NCBI RefSeq assembly: GCF_004010195.1
Contig: NC_057718.1
Span: 55,336,196 to 55,369,581, forward strand
DNA length: 33,386 bases
Direction of reading: 5' to 3'
From: Chiloscyllium plagiosum
Taxonomy: Eukaryota
Part shown: positions 1 to 11,694 of the stretch, piece by piece
How the letters are laid out: each line of letters opens with the position of its first letter
Numbering within the stretch: the first letter of the stretch is position 1
Made by a program: the position numbers and the translations under genes
The notes under the pieces: model-generated
Database searches by the model: none
What the model was told of the DNA's origin: nothing
Seen by the model: only the letters and a program-made list of their open reading frames with translations

Positions 1-370
1 TTTTTAAAATCATGAGGGGCATGGATAGGGTTAATAAACAAGGCCTTTTTCCTGCAGTGTGGGAGTACAGGATGAGAGGGCATAGGTTTAGGGTGAGAGG
101 GAAAAGATTTAAAAGGGACCCAGGGGAAAACTTCTTCACACAGAGGGTAGTGTGTGTATGGAATGAGCTGCCAGAGGAAGTGGTGGAGGTTGGTACAATT
201 ACAACATTTTTTTTTAAAAGGCATCTGGATGAGTATATGAATAGGGAAGGTTTAGAGGGATATGGGCCAAGTTCTGGCAAATGGAACCAGATTAATTTAG
301 GATATCAGGTCGGTATGAATGAGTTAGGCCAAAGGGTCTGTTTCCATGCTGTACACCTCTTAAGACTCCA
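1..370 (+). mobile_element. CR1/HER1 LINE 3' end
   Basis: RGHRFRVRGKRFKRD..NFFTQRVVCVWNELPEEVV C-terminal motif, followed by the tail gggtctgtttccatgctgta. Confidence 0.9.
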
Positions 371-373
371 TAA

Positions 374-640
374 GCTTTACCAACTAGTTGCACTCCAAGG
401 CGTACTTTCCTCTCCCTTCTTGGTTGATTTTGTCATTAGTCCTGTTTTAGAGCCTTGCCTAATGCCGTCAAGATTGGCCTTGCTCCAATTTAGAACTTTA
501 ACTTTTAGTTCCAGTCTGTCCTTTTCCATCACTACTTTAAAACTAATAGAATTATGGTTGCTGGCCCCAAAGTGCTCCCCCATTGATCCCTCAGTCACTT
601 GCCCTACCTTATTTCCCAAGAAAAGGTTCTGTTTTGTTTC
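374..640 (-). mobile_element. CR1 LINE internal fragment (end of endonuclease / linker)
   Basis: GQVTEGSMGEHFGASNHNSISFKVVMEKDR..VLNWSKAN resembles the CR1 ORF2 endonuclease end. Confidence 0.75.
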
Positions 641-1689
641 ATAGTATAATTTAACTTTTGTTGTTTTTCAAAAATTGACTTCGATATAGGATGTTAATAA
701 ATTGATTGAGCACTAAATTGAAATTTGTCACCTCAGTACCATTTCAGAGCATCGGAAAGAGATTCTTTTTCTCTGAAAACTGCTAATTCCTTTAAATATT
801 AACCAAGGTGGAAACCCTGTTGGAAATAGGTAATGGGAGAGTGAAACTGAGCTGATTACTGTGGCATACTCTGTAATCCAGTACTTTAATTGGACAGGTT
901 TGTAGTATCACAGATCACTTGACAGTTGATTGGCCAACTTTATTTATGGCTCTGTGATTCATTTCCTTCTGTTCTAGGTAAACCAACAAATTGATGATTA
1001 AATTAGTCATCTGATTCTAGCAACCAAAACAGGCACCTTATTGATGTTGTATTCTAGATTTTTTTCTGAGTAAGTAAGTTGGATTAGAAGCAATGAATAG
1101 TAGCACTGGGTTGCCAACTAACCAAAAAATTGGTAGTTTTAGCATCTAGTTAAATTGCATCCAGTTATTGAACACTGATACAGCCAAAAGAAGGGAGAGC
1201 TTCCTGCATACTTGGGTGTCCTTGTTAATTTGATTCTGGAAATGTTCAGTTGACTTTGCTTCAGGCAGTGGTTAACCCCAATATTCTTAAATTAGGGATT
1301 TTTTGAAAAATAATAATTTCTTAAATAATGATGTCAAATAAACCCTGCTAAATTGCTGCAAAGTATGACAATGTATTGTGTAAGTCCTTGTTTCACCCCA
1401 TAGCCTCCTACGGGGTAAATGCTGAGATAATGTGAAGCAACATTGCTAATCAAACTAATGTGCCTTTTTTTTCTTTAAAAATGCAGATGGGATTACTAAT
1501 GGAATCTGTCAGTCATGTTTCAGTAGCTCTTACTATAATAAGCCCTTGTGTGCCATTTGTAATCAATAGCATAAAGAGCAAAAGCATTGCATAGGTTTCC
1601 TGTCACCTGTGTCTTTACCAAATTCTATTGATTTCCAACACCTCAGTGTATTGATTGTAAATCCTAGTCTACAGTTCTCTGAAATGTTC

Positions 1690-2035
1690 CACAGGTACGC
1701 ATTCACTAAACAGCCCCACAGCCCTGTGGCCGACACTTTAACTCCCCCTCCCACTCTGCCAAGGATATGCAAGTCCTGGGCCTCATCCACTGCCAAACTC
1801 TAGCCATCTGACGCCTGGAGGAAGAATGCCTCATCTTTCACCTTGGGACCCTCCAACCATATGGGATCAATGTCAATTTCATCAGTTTCCTCATTACTCC
1901 TCTTCTCCCCCCCACCCCCCTCCTCCCTTGGGCCACCCCCGATTCCTCACGAAGAGCTCATGCTTGAAATGTTGACTCTCCTGCTCCTCGGATGCTGCCT
2001 GACTAGCTGTACCTTTCCAGCACCACACTTTACTG
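1690..2035 (+). mobile_element. Penelope-like element 3' fragment (GIY-YIG C-terminus plus pLTR with decayed hammerhead motif)
   Basis: Frameshifted PVA.HFNSPSHSAKDMQVLGL...LEEECLIFHLGTLQP.GIN, then gattc-ctcacga-a-gagc-tcat-gctt-gaaa-tgtt-gactc. Confidence 0.8.
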
Positions 2036-2254
2036 AATTTGATGGAAAGCCGTGATTATATTGAACAGTAGAGCAGGCTCAAAGGACCAAATAGCCTCCT
2101 CTGGCCATTTTCTTTGTTTTCAAAATAACTTCTGTACGTAGGAAAATATACTTTATCCATGTAATTTCTTTTTAGCTTTCTTGTGTGAAGTCTTGAGACT
2201 ATAAAATGACTTCTACAAATTAATTTAGCATTTAAAGCACAACATGATTTTAAA

Positions 2255-2560
2255 AGTATCATCTCCTTTATTTTAAATCTCTCCATAGCATCATCTCTCT
2301 CTATTTCTGGAATCTTTTCTTGTTCAATTGCCCTGCGATATCTGCACTCCATCCATTTTTGGCTTCTTGAGCGCCTACGGTCTTAGGTTTTCCATCATTA
2401 GTAGCCATGACTTCCCTAAACTCTGGAATTCTGTTCCGAAGACTCTTTGCTACTTCTCTTTCTGCCTTATACTCCTTAAAACCTACTTCATTGACCAATC
2501 TATTGTTTGTGTGTCCTAATACTTTATTAGGTATCAAATTTAGTTTGGATTACCCTCTTG
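2255..2560 (+). mobile_element. Old L2-like LINE 3' fragment
   Basis: PKLWNSVPK...LLKTYFIDQ resembles the L2 C-terminus. Confidence 0.6.
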
Positions 2561-2584
2561 TGATGTCTAAGAAGCACTTAGAGA

Positions 2585-2893
2585 CATATACCCATCCAGA
2601 TGCCTTTTAACTGTTGTAATTGTACTAGCCTCCCCACTTCCTCTGGCAGCTCATTCCATACACGTACCACCCTCTGAATGAAAAAGTTGCCCCTTGGATG
2701 TCTTTTATATCTTTCCCCTCTCACCCTAAACCTATGCCCTCTGGTTCTGGACTCCCCTACCCCACGGAAAAGACTTTGTCTATTTTTCCTATCCATGCCA
2801 CTCATGATTTTATAAACCTCTATAAGGTCACCTCTCAGCCTCTGATGCTCCAGGGAAAACAGCCCTAGCCTATTCAACATCTCCCTATAGCTC
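2585..2893 (-). mobile_element. CR1/HER1 LINE fragment
   Basis: ORF SYREMLNRLGLFSLEHQRLRGDLIEVYKIM...NFFIQRVVRVWNELPEEV. Confidence 0.9.
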
Positions 2894-3193
2894 ACTTGTA
2901 ACTTAACAGTTTACAATAATGTAGCATTTTTATGATGCTGCATACAGATTGTTATAAAGTGCATTCGTAATGTTCTGGTCAACTATGAAGGTAAATTTGT
3001 CACTTTAGTGATCGTACGAGTGCCAGTCTCATTCTTTTCAATTAAATTCTATTAGAAGCAATTTCTTTAAATTGGCTTTAACTGTAAAATTTGATTTTCA
3101 TTTGATTTCCTTTGTACACTGTGTTAAGCTAACTATTCAGGTGGTAGTTCTCTGTATGCTTTGCTTGGAGAAGGGGATAGATCATAATTATTT

Positions 3194-3408
3194 GCAGTCG
3201 AAAAGTGTGGTGCTGGAAAAGCACAGCCAGTCAGGCAGCATCTGAGTAGCAGCAGAGTCGACGTTTCGAGCATAAGTTCTTCAGCAGGAAAGCTTATGCT
3301 CAAAATGTCGACTTTGCTGCTCCTTGGAGGTTGCCTGACTGGCTGTGCATTTCCAGCACACACTCTTTAACTCTGATCTCCATCATCTGTCGTCCTCACT
3401 TTCTCCTA
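3194..3408. mobile_element. Penelope-derived fold-back mini-element (two pLTR halves in inverted orientation)
   Basis: Arms of about 80 bp at 3197-3277 and 3291-3371 are reverse complements. Flanked by cataattattt / cataattaattt (putative TSD). Confidence 0.8.
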
Positions 3409-3639
3409 CATAATTAATTTAAACTCACATTTTGCAACTCTAATGCAAGTATAAGAGTGGGTTCCTTTTGAGCTTGGATAAGTGAGTTATACACTCAAAC
3501 TCAGAATTGTGCTGCTAATCGACAGACTGATGCATTTAATTTTTCCTTTTGAGTGCAAACATTTAATCTTGTCAATAAATATTCTGCCTGATTTGAAGAA
3601 AATTTATATAGTGTACTTCACAACTTTGACAAGGTTCCA

Positions 3640-3800
3640 TTGGCTGTAATGCACAGGTTAATGTTGTAGAGAATGGCAATAACCAATTTGCACACAGCAA
3701 GGTTCGACAAATGACATTGATGTAAATAATTAGAAAATCTGATTTTAATAATGATTTAAGGGTATATGTTGGTTAGAATGCAAGGACAACTGTCCAGCCA
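3640..3800 (-). mobile_element. Decayed Deu-domain SINE fragment
   Basis: ccaatttgcacacagcaagg..cgacaaatgacattgatgtaaataattagaaaatctg...agggtatatgttggttagaat resembles the reverse complement of the DeuSINE core. Confidence 0.55.
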
Positions 3801-3852
3801 TAATTGGATTAGAAATATGAGAGAACATCTCATAATATCTGAAAGGCGGCAC

Positions 3853-4105
3853 ATAGAGTCATAGTCAGTCATAAAGCACAAAAACAGACCCTTCCAACTT
3901 GTCTGCACCGACCAGACATCCCAATCTGACCTAGTCCCATTTGCCAGCATTTGGCCCGCATTCCCCATAACACTTCATATACCAATCCATATTCCTTTTC
4001 AAACAACCTGCGTGTAAAAGTTACTCCTCAGGTCCTTTTTAAATCTTTCCCCTCTCACTTTAAACCTATGCCCTCTAGTTCTGAACTTCCCACCTTAGAA
4101 AAAAC
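3853..4105 (-). mobile_element. CR1/HER1 LINE 3' end with internal deletion
   Basis: atagagtcatag tail; cccaatctgacctagtcccatttgccagcatttggccc; aaacctatgccctctagtt. Confidence 0.85.
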
Positions 4106-4109
4106 ATTT

Positions 4110-4388
4110 GCTTTGCACTTTGGAATATTTTTCCTAAACTGCACTACTTCTCTATCGCCATCTTTCTTAAAGCCATTTCTTAAAACATTCCCCTTCAAGC
4201 TTTTGATCACAAGTCCTATTATTTGCTTATGTAATGTGATGTCAGAATTTGTTTGATAGCAGCCTTGTAAAATGTCTTGGGACCTTTTACTCCAAATCAT
4301 TGCAGTGATTATAGGTCAAAATTAATTCATTAACTCTAAAGCACTTGGGATTTGCTGAGGTTGTGAAAGGTGTGATATAAATCTAAGA
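4110..4388 (+). mobile_element. Old L2 3' fragment followed by an L2-type SINE tail
   Basis: tggaatatttttcctaaac...ttcttaaaac...; tail aaagcacttgggatttgctgaggttgtgaaaggtgtgatataaat. Confidence 0.5.
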
Positions 4389-4562
4389 ATTTTTTTGTGT
4401 TATGTAAAATGTGTTACGTTTGTATCCTGTATGAAATGGCCTTTCGTTTTGCCTGTCTCTGATCTTTGCATTTCTGAGGCATTGTGTTAGCATACCATAA
4501 TAAAAAAGGTAGCAATTAGCCACTTAAGTATGTGCTCCGTAGATCTCCATCCTACTCCATGT

Positions 4563-6195
4563 AGAGAAATAGATGGTGACATCTTGAAAAATGTCCATAT
4601 TTATAAAGGAGGACGTGCTGGATGTCTTGAAAAACATAAGTGTATAAATCCTGACCAGGTGTACACTAGAACTCTGTGGGAAGTGATTGCTGGGCCTCTT
4701 ACTGAGATATTTGTCTCATCGATAATTACAGGCGAGGTGCCGGAAGACTGGAGGTTGGCTAACGTGGTGCCACTGTTTAAGAAAGGTGGTAAGGACAAGC
4801 CAGCGAACTATAGACCTGTGAGCCTGATGTCGGTGGTGGGCAAGTTGTCGGAGGGAATCCTGAGGGACAGGATGTACATGTATTTGGAAAGGCAAGGACT
4901 GATTAGGGATATAGTCAAAATGGCTTTGTGCGTGGGAAATTATGTCTCACAAACTTGATTTGAGTTTTTTGAAGAATTAACAAAAAGGATTGATGAAGGC
5001 AGAATGGTGGATGTGAATGTATGGACTTCAGTAAGGTGTTCGACAAGGTTCCCCATGGGAGACTGGTTAACAAGGTTAGATCTCATGGAATACAGGGAGA
5101 ACTAGCCATTTGGATACAGAACTGGCTCAAAGGTAGAAGGCACAGGGTGGTGGTGGAGGGTTGTTTTTCAGCCTGGAGGCCTGTGATCAGTGGAGTGCCA
5201 CAAGGATTGGTGCTGGGTCCACAACTTTTTGTCATGTATATAAATGATTTGGATGTGAGCATAAGAGGTATAGTTAGTAAGTTTACAGATGACACCAAAA
5301 TTGGAGGTGTAGTGGACAGTGAAGAGGATTGCCTTAGATTACAACGGGATCTTGATCAGATGGGCCAATGAGCTGAGGAGTGGCAGATGGAGTTTAATTT
5401 AGATAACTGAAAGGTGCTGCATTTTGGGAAAGCAAATCTTAGCAGGACTTGTAAATTTAATGGTAAGGCCCCAGGGAGTGTTGCTGAACAAAGAGACTTT
5501 GGAGTGCAGGTTCATAGCTCCTTGAAAGTGGAGTTGCAGGTACTTAAGATAGTGAAGAAGACATTTGGTATGCTTTACTTTATTGGTCAGAGTATTGAGT
5601 ACAGGAGTTGGGAGGTCATGTTGTGGCTCTGCAGGACATTGGTTAGGCCACTTTTGGAATATTGTGTGCAATTCTGGTCTCCTTCATATCTGAAGGATGT
5701 TGTGAGACTTGAAAGGGTTCAGAGAAGATTTACAAGGATGTTGCCAGGGTTGGAAGATTTGGGCTATAGGGGGGAGGTTGAGTAGGCTGGGGCTGTTTTT
5801 TCCTAGAGCTGAGGGGTGACCTTTTATAGAGGTTTATAAAATCATGAGGGGCATGGATAGGGTAAATAGACAAGGTCTTTTTCCCTGGGGTGGGAGATCC
5901 AGAACTAGAGGGCATAGGTTTATGGTGAGAAGGGAAAGGTTTAAAAATTACCTAAGGGGCAACTTTTTCACGCAGAGAGTAATACACATATAGAATGAGC
6001 TGCCAGAGGAAGTGGTGGATGCTAGTACAATTTCAACATTTAAAAGGCATTTGGATGGGTATATGAATAGGAAGGGTTTGGAGGGAAATGGGTCAGGTGC
6101 TAGCAGTTGGGAAGAGATTGGGTTGGGATATCTGGTCAGCATGAACAAGTTGGATCAAAGGGTCTGTTTCCATGCTGTATGTCTCTATGACTCAT
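4563..6195 (+). mobile_element. 5'-truncated CR1/HER1 LINE (about 1.6 kb) with frameshifted reverse transcriptase
   Basis: VPEDWRLANVVPLFKKG..NYRPVSL; MDFSKVFDKVPH; SGVPQGLVLGP; FTDDTK; RPLLEYCVQFWSP; terminal ctctatgactc. Confidence 0.95.
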
Positions 6196-7345
6196 ACAAG
6201 GGAAAGAGAGAATAGAATTATATTTTAAGCCTTTGTCATCTCACACACTTTATGCAGACAAAAAAATCACTGCAAGACATGAACCTAATGAATTATTCAC
6301 AGGACAGATGAATGCAAATGATGGTGGTTACTATGTAGCTTAAACATCTTTCTCCAGTCAAATTCAAGCTTTGAGAGCCAAAATATGTTACTCAGTTTCT
6401 GAGTACACTTGGAGTCAGTATGGTATGAAAGCTGAATTATACTTTATACTTTACTGGACCTTAGTGACCTGACTGTTTGGTGGTAAACAACTGAAATTGA
6501 TGCAAAATTGTATCCATGGAGATTGAGGCTGCTTTCACAAATCTTTGCACACAAAACCAGCAAACAAAAGTTAAACATATGAATGTTAGATATGTATTAA
6601 TGCAACCTTGTTGCTATTTTAATGGATATTTTGCTATTGCTTTTTATTCCACTTGAGTGAGGGTGGGAAGTTTGTCATCTGGAAACAAGATGTATCGATC
6701 ATTATCTTTTTTGGTTGGGTTTTGTTATGCATCCATGAATTTGACTTCCTTTAATCCTCTCTTATAAATGTACAAAATGAATAATACCCACTCGCGCATG
6801 TGACTTCTACTTTTGTCACTAAGGTCACGATGGTGGGAGAGTCTTTGCGAGACAAAGAAGCTCATATAGCCTTGTTGGAATACGAACTATTGGAGGAGAG
6901 TGTGTTCTTTGTGAGGGAACAACTGTAGAGAAATCGACATTAACTAGTCTTAGTAGCAGCATTGAATGCTTCACTGTGTCCCACTTGAAAAAAATGTGAA
7001 ACTGTGGCGCCTTTCAATTCAGAGGAACAGATGATTTAAATAGCAGTACAGTAATTAGTGTGGTCATGAATTTCAGGGCTTTAAGATCATGTGAATTTTT
7101 TGAAATTTTTGTATTATTCAGTGTCTTTTCTATAACTGAAGTAAAGTTCAGTATTGAAAAACAGTCAAATATCCAGCAATAGCACAGCTTATTTCTCGTT
7201 ATTATTTTCAGTGCAAATATATCAGTATTGCTTAGCAACTGAACAGTTTTAAATAATTGGAGTTTATTTACTGAACAAGAAAAAGTTCAAGTGGACAAGT
7301 AAAAATGACCAGAGTGCTTCATCTCATGGCATTCAAAAATTGGTG

Positions 7346-7435
7346 CTGAAAATGTGTTGCTGGAAAAGCGCAGCAGGTCAGGCAGCATTCAAGGAGCAGG
7401 AGAATCGACGTTTTGGGCATGAGCCCTCCTCGAAG
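7346..7435 (-). mobile_element. 90-bp Penelope pLTR fragment with a 15-bp TSD
   Basis: attcaaaaattggtg at both 7331-7345 and 7436-7450. Body matches the pLTR family at 3197 and 33283. Confidence 0.85.
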
Positions 7436-8544
7436 ATTCAAAAATTGGTGTCCAGTACTGCTGGCGATAGGATTTTATTTATCAGCATGGCTCTTTGCTT
7501 AGTTAAAATTGTTCTTTATCTGCCAGTTCTGAGAATGGATTTTGCACCAACAGTAGCCACATCAAATTAAATACCTGGGTTTGTTAAGAAAGGCGCACAT
7601 GTTTTTATTGACTCTTCCTTAGCCTGGTCTTCCTGTCAACATGGGCGTTGGAAGTATTGTCGCATACATTTATTCTTTCTGTAGTTGTTGTGTTGCATTG
7701 TTAAGATATCACTACTTAATGCTTGTGCACAGGCCAAAGCATCCCACTCAGTCTGTGCATGGAGTGATGGACAGCACATGACAACTGGAGCTCTTACAAA
7801 GAGTTATGAAGGAGAATGATTCAGTAACCTTGCTCTCCAAAGACTCAAAAGAAAGTCTGTAATCTTGAGTGCTTATAAGTGGTTTTATGTATCCATTTCC
7901 CACATCTTTCTTTACCTTAACACAAAGTATATAAAACTTGATTTTGATACATATGGTAAAACATCTACTTGGTCTTCAGTGAGGCAGGATCTGTTTATTT
8001 ATCATTTGATGCAGCATGATTGACTAAATTAGACTCAGTAAACCTAATGATTGGACAAAAGGCCTGAATAGATTTATTGCCAAGGTTTAACATCTTGTCA
8101 CAGCCTTTCACATACTTCTATCCAAAACTGTAATATAAAATAGCCTAAGGTAATTGAAGTGAAAGTAAGTCCAACGTATAGGTAACATGATCCATATTTT
8201 AATGTCAAAATTTCTGGGACAACTGTTATTTAGTCTATTAAGAGTTTCTGCATCTTGGATGAAAAGAATTTTCACAATACATTAATGATATCTTGCATTT
8301 CTAAGGTGCTTTCAACATGGGTAAATGTCCCACTGTTAAGCAAGGTTACCAAAGAATTGGTTTAAAAAGTGGCTTTTAAAGCATACCAAGCCATTTAAAG
8401 CAAATAAATTTTGGACACTTAAAAAAGTATGTGGTTATAGACTAATACCAAAATTTTTTCAAGAACAAGAATGTGTCAACAGTATTAAGAAAAGTGAGAA
8501 AACCTCTATTACAAGTGCACAGAGTGGAAAAATAATCTGCCTAA

Positions 8545-8903
8545 GTGGCATGGCGGCACAATAGTTAACACTGCTACTTCATAATACCAGGGACCCAGGT
8601 TCGATTCCAATTTTGGGTGACTTTTGTGGAGGTTGAATGTTCTTCCCATGCCCGCATGGGTTTTCTCCCGCAGTTCATCTACAATACAAACATCTATCCA
8701 ACACTGTGGAAAATTGCCAAAGATGTGCAGGTTAGGTGGACTGGCTAAGCTAAATTGCCCCATAGTGTCCAGGGATGTGCAGGCTAGGTGGATTAGCCAT
8801 AGTAAATGGGGGATTATGATGATAGGGTGGGGATGTTCTTCAGAATGTTAGTGCTGACTCAGTAGGCCAAATGGCCTCTATATGCATTGAAGGGATTGTG
8901 ACT
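8545..8903 (+). mobile_element. HE1-type tRNA-derived V-SINE carrying a LINE-derived insert of about 45 bp
   Basis: A/B-box head (tggcggcacaatagtt, ggttcgattcc); core ccaaagatgtgcaggttaggtgga; HER1-like tail ggccaaatggcct. Confidence 0.85.
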
Positions 8904-9164
8904 CAAAGTATGGGAAAACTCTTTAGAATAGTAGCAAAGTACGGGAGACCCACTATTACTCTGGACTTAAAATCTTTAAAGAAGATAAAATATCAAATTG
9001 CAGTTGGAAACTATGGTATCCGAAGTAATAATACTGCCAGAAATATTTACTTTGTGAGAGGGACAAAACAGAACACGAAATTGGACTTTCTGAAGAAGAA
9101 AATTCTTAAATATGGAATAGCTTCTAAATTGGTTTATAAGACAAAAGCTGAACAAGTCAATATA

Positions 9165-9503
9165 CGGTGTCTCAGTGGTTAGTGCTGCTGCCTCACAGTG
9201 CTAGGGACTCTGGTTCACTTCCATCCTCTGGCAACTGTCTGTGTGGAGTTTGCATGTTCTCCCCGTGTCTGCATGGGTTTCCTTCGGGTGCTCCGGTTTC
9301 CTCCCACAGTCCAAAGATGTTCAGGTTAGGTGAATTGGCCATGCAAAGTTGCCCATAGTGGTCAGGGATGTGTAGGTTAGGTGCATTAGTCAGGGGAAAT
9401 GTAGAGTAATAAGGTTGGGGAATGGGTCTGGGTGGGTTACTGTTCGGAGAGTTGGTGTGGACTTGTTGCGCCAAATGGCCTGTTTCCACACTAGGGATTT
9501 TTT
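9165..9503 (+). mobile_element. HE1-type V-SINE
   Basis: cagtggttagtgctgctgcctcacag...gtgtggagtttgcatgttctccccgtgtctgc...ggcctgtttccacact. Confidence 0.9.
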
Positions 9504-9750
9504 GATACTTTTGTACACAATTAAGAGAGTGGCAGGTGCTGTTATTGTTCCCCAAGGTGGGAAACTGAAGAATACGACAAACTTAGAGATCTATTGGAAG
9601 TCGTTGACAATGATTGCAACCTCTGATCTAATAATATTTTTGAAAAGGCAAGATTTAACAAAAGTGTAGAATATCATAGGCTCGTGGACAGTTGTGCGTA
9701 TGGTAATTTAATGTCATAATTCATAAGAGACCAGATTGTTGGCTTTACTT

Positions 9751-9936
9751 GGATGGCATGGTGGCTCAGTGGTTTGCAGTGCTGCCTCACAGTGCCAGGG
9801 ACCTGGGTTCTATTCAAGCCTTCGGTGACTGAGTGTGGGATAAGGCGGGATCTGGGTGAGATGTTCTTTGGAGCGTTGGTGCAGACTTGATGGGCCAAAT
9901 GTCCTTTTTACTGCACTGAAGGGGTTCTGTGATTCT
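9751..9936 (+). mobile_element. HE1-type SINE, internally deleted
   Basis: tRNA-like head joined directly to the 3' tail (gacttgatgggccaaatg). Confidence 0.8.
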
Positions 9937-10449
9937 GGTATTGATGAATTATTGATAGATTTCTTACAGTACAGAGAAGAACTAACTCTCAAAGTTGTTG
10001 TGAGTGTAAGCAAAACACATCAATCCTAACATGAGAAGATAATACTTGGTAAGGAGCTCTACAGAATTTATACATTTCTTAGATGACAAAAGCTATACTA
10101 GACAAACCAATATAGGAGGGCAGACACCAGACATAAAGCTTCTTGTGGTGTGAGAAGCTTCTAATATGAATGCTTTCATTGCAAACAAGTAGGCCACTTT
10201 CAGAAAATGTGCAAAAACAAGACAAAGCACAAAAAAGCAAAACTCAAAAGAATGAGTGACACAAGAACTTAAATGAGAGAGAACCGTTATTATAGACAAT
10301 AAACATGAAGTTTTCCTAAGAATAAGAATCATATTTCCAGAATAGAAGGGCATGTATTGTCCTCAATCACTTTTTCAAAATGTAGAAGAGATTAAATCAA
10401 AGAAGAACAAGGAGATGCTGATTTTAAAAAGAAAAAAGTTCCTGACTAT

Positions 10450-10959
10450 CATTCTGGCTATTGAGGGAGTGCAGCGCAGGTTCACGAGGTCAATTCCTGG
10501 AATGACAGGACTACCTTATGCTGAAAGACTGGAGCGACTGGGCTTGTATACCCTTGAGTTTAGAAGACTGAGAGGGGATCTGATTGAGACATATAAGATT
10601 ATTAAAGGATTGGACACTCTGGTGGCAGGAAACATGTTTCCGCTGATGGGTGAGTACCGAACCTGAGGACACAGCTTAAAAATACGGGGTAGACCATTTA
10701 GGACAGAGATGAGGAGAAACTTCTTCACCCAGAGAGTGGTGGCTGTGTGGAATGCTCTGCCCCAGAGGGCAGTGGAGGCCCAGTCTCTAGATTCATTTAA
10801 GAAACAGTTGGATAGAGCTCTCAAGGATAGTGGAATCAAGGGTTATGGAGATAAGGCAGGAACAGGATGCTGATTAAGGATGATCAGCCATGATCACACT
10901 GAATGGTGGTGCAGGCTCGAAGGGCAGAATGGCCTACTCCTGTACCTATTGTCTATTGA
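10450..10959 (+). mobile_element. CR1 LINE 3' end (second, relatively young subfamily)
   Basis: ILAIEGVQRRFTRSIPGM.GLPYAERLERLGLYTLEFRRLRGDLIETYK; tail gaatggtggtgcaggctcgaagggcagaatggcctactcct. Confidence 0.92.
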
Positions 10960-10999
10960 ATGTTGTAAGTTCATGATACACAACAACCAAGATATCAAT

Positions 11000-11510
11000 T
11001 GGATGTAGGTTTGCTCCTGAGCTGAAAGGGTCATTTCCAGACGTTTCATTACCTTACTCGGTAACATCTTCAGTGGACCTCATGCGAAGCAATGCTGAAA
11101 ATTCCTGCTTTCTATTTATATGTTTGGGTTTCTTTGGGTTGGGATGTCATTTCCTGTGGTGGTGATATTTCCTGTGGTGAAGTCACTTCCTGTTCCTTTT
11201 CTCAGGGAGTGGTAGATGGGATCTAACTCGATGTGTTTGTTGATAGAGTTCCGGTTGGAATGCCTTGCTTCTAGGCATTCTCGTGCGTGTCTTTGTTTGG
11301 CTTGTCCTCGGATGGAATAATTGTCCCAGTCAAAGTGGTGTCCTTCTTCATTCGTATGTGAGGATACTAGTGAGAGAGGGTCATGTCTTTTTGTGGCTAG
11401 TTGGTGTTCATGTATCCTGGTGACTAGTTTTCTGCCTGTTTGTCCAATGTAGTGTTTGTTACAGTCCTTGCACGGTATTTTGTAAATGACATTAGTTTTT
11501 CTCATTGTCT
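11000..11510 (-). mobile_element. Penelope-like element 3' end: GIY-YIG endonuclease fragment and pLTR
   Basis: ORF 11116-11505: NVIYKIPCKDCNKHYIGQTGRKLVTRIHEH...HHFDWD...RECLEA...SIN. Confidence 0.92.
11036..11077 (-). ncRNA. Minimal type I hammerhead ribozyme motif in the Penelope pLTR
   Basis: Minus strand reads UCCA-CUGAAGA-U-GUUACC-GAGUAA-GGUAAU-GAAA-CGUC-UGGA. Confidence 0.7.
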
Positions 11511-11694
11511 GGACATTTTGGAAGCAGGTGGTCTCTGTGATTCAGAGGATATGGTGTTGGAGCTCACCTTTGAGTTAGAAAATGATAAGGCAGAGGGACT
11601 GAATTATTAGTTAGGGTACAGAGTAATAGCAGCAATTAAAAAATAGCTGAGATTTTGACATGTTCACTGACCCCTATAACATAGCTTGACAATA

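Noticed and set aside
12..644. Longest ORF in the window (210 aa)
   Set aside because: Chance read-through of a CR1 3' end into an antisense CR1 fragment; not a gene.
4530..6215. Active reverse transcriptase gene or novel RT system
   Set aside because: A 5'-truncated CR1 copy with multiple frameshifts and stops.
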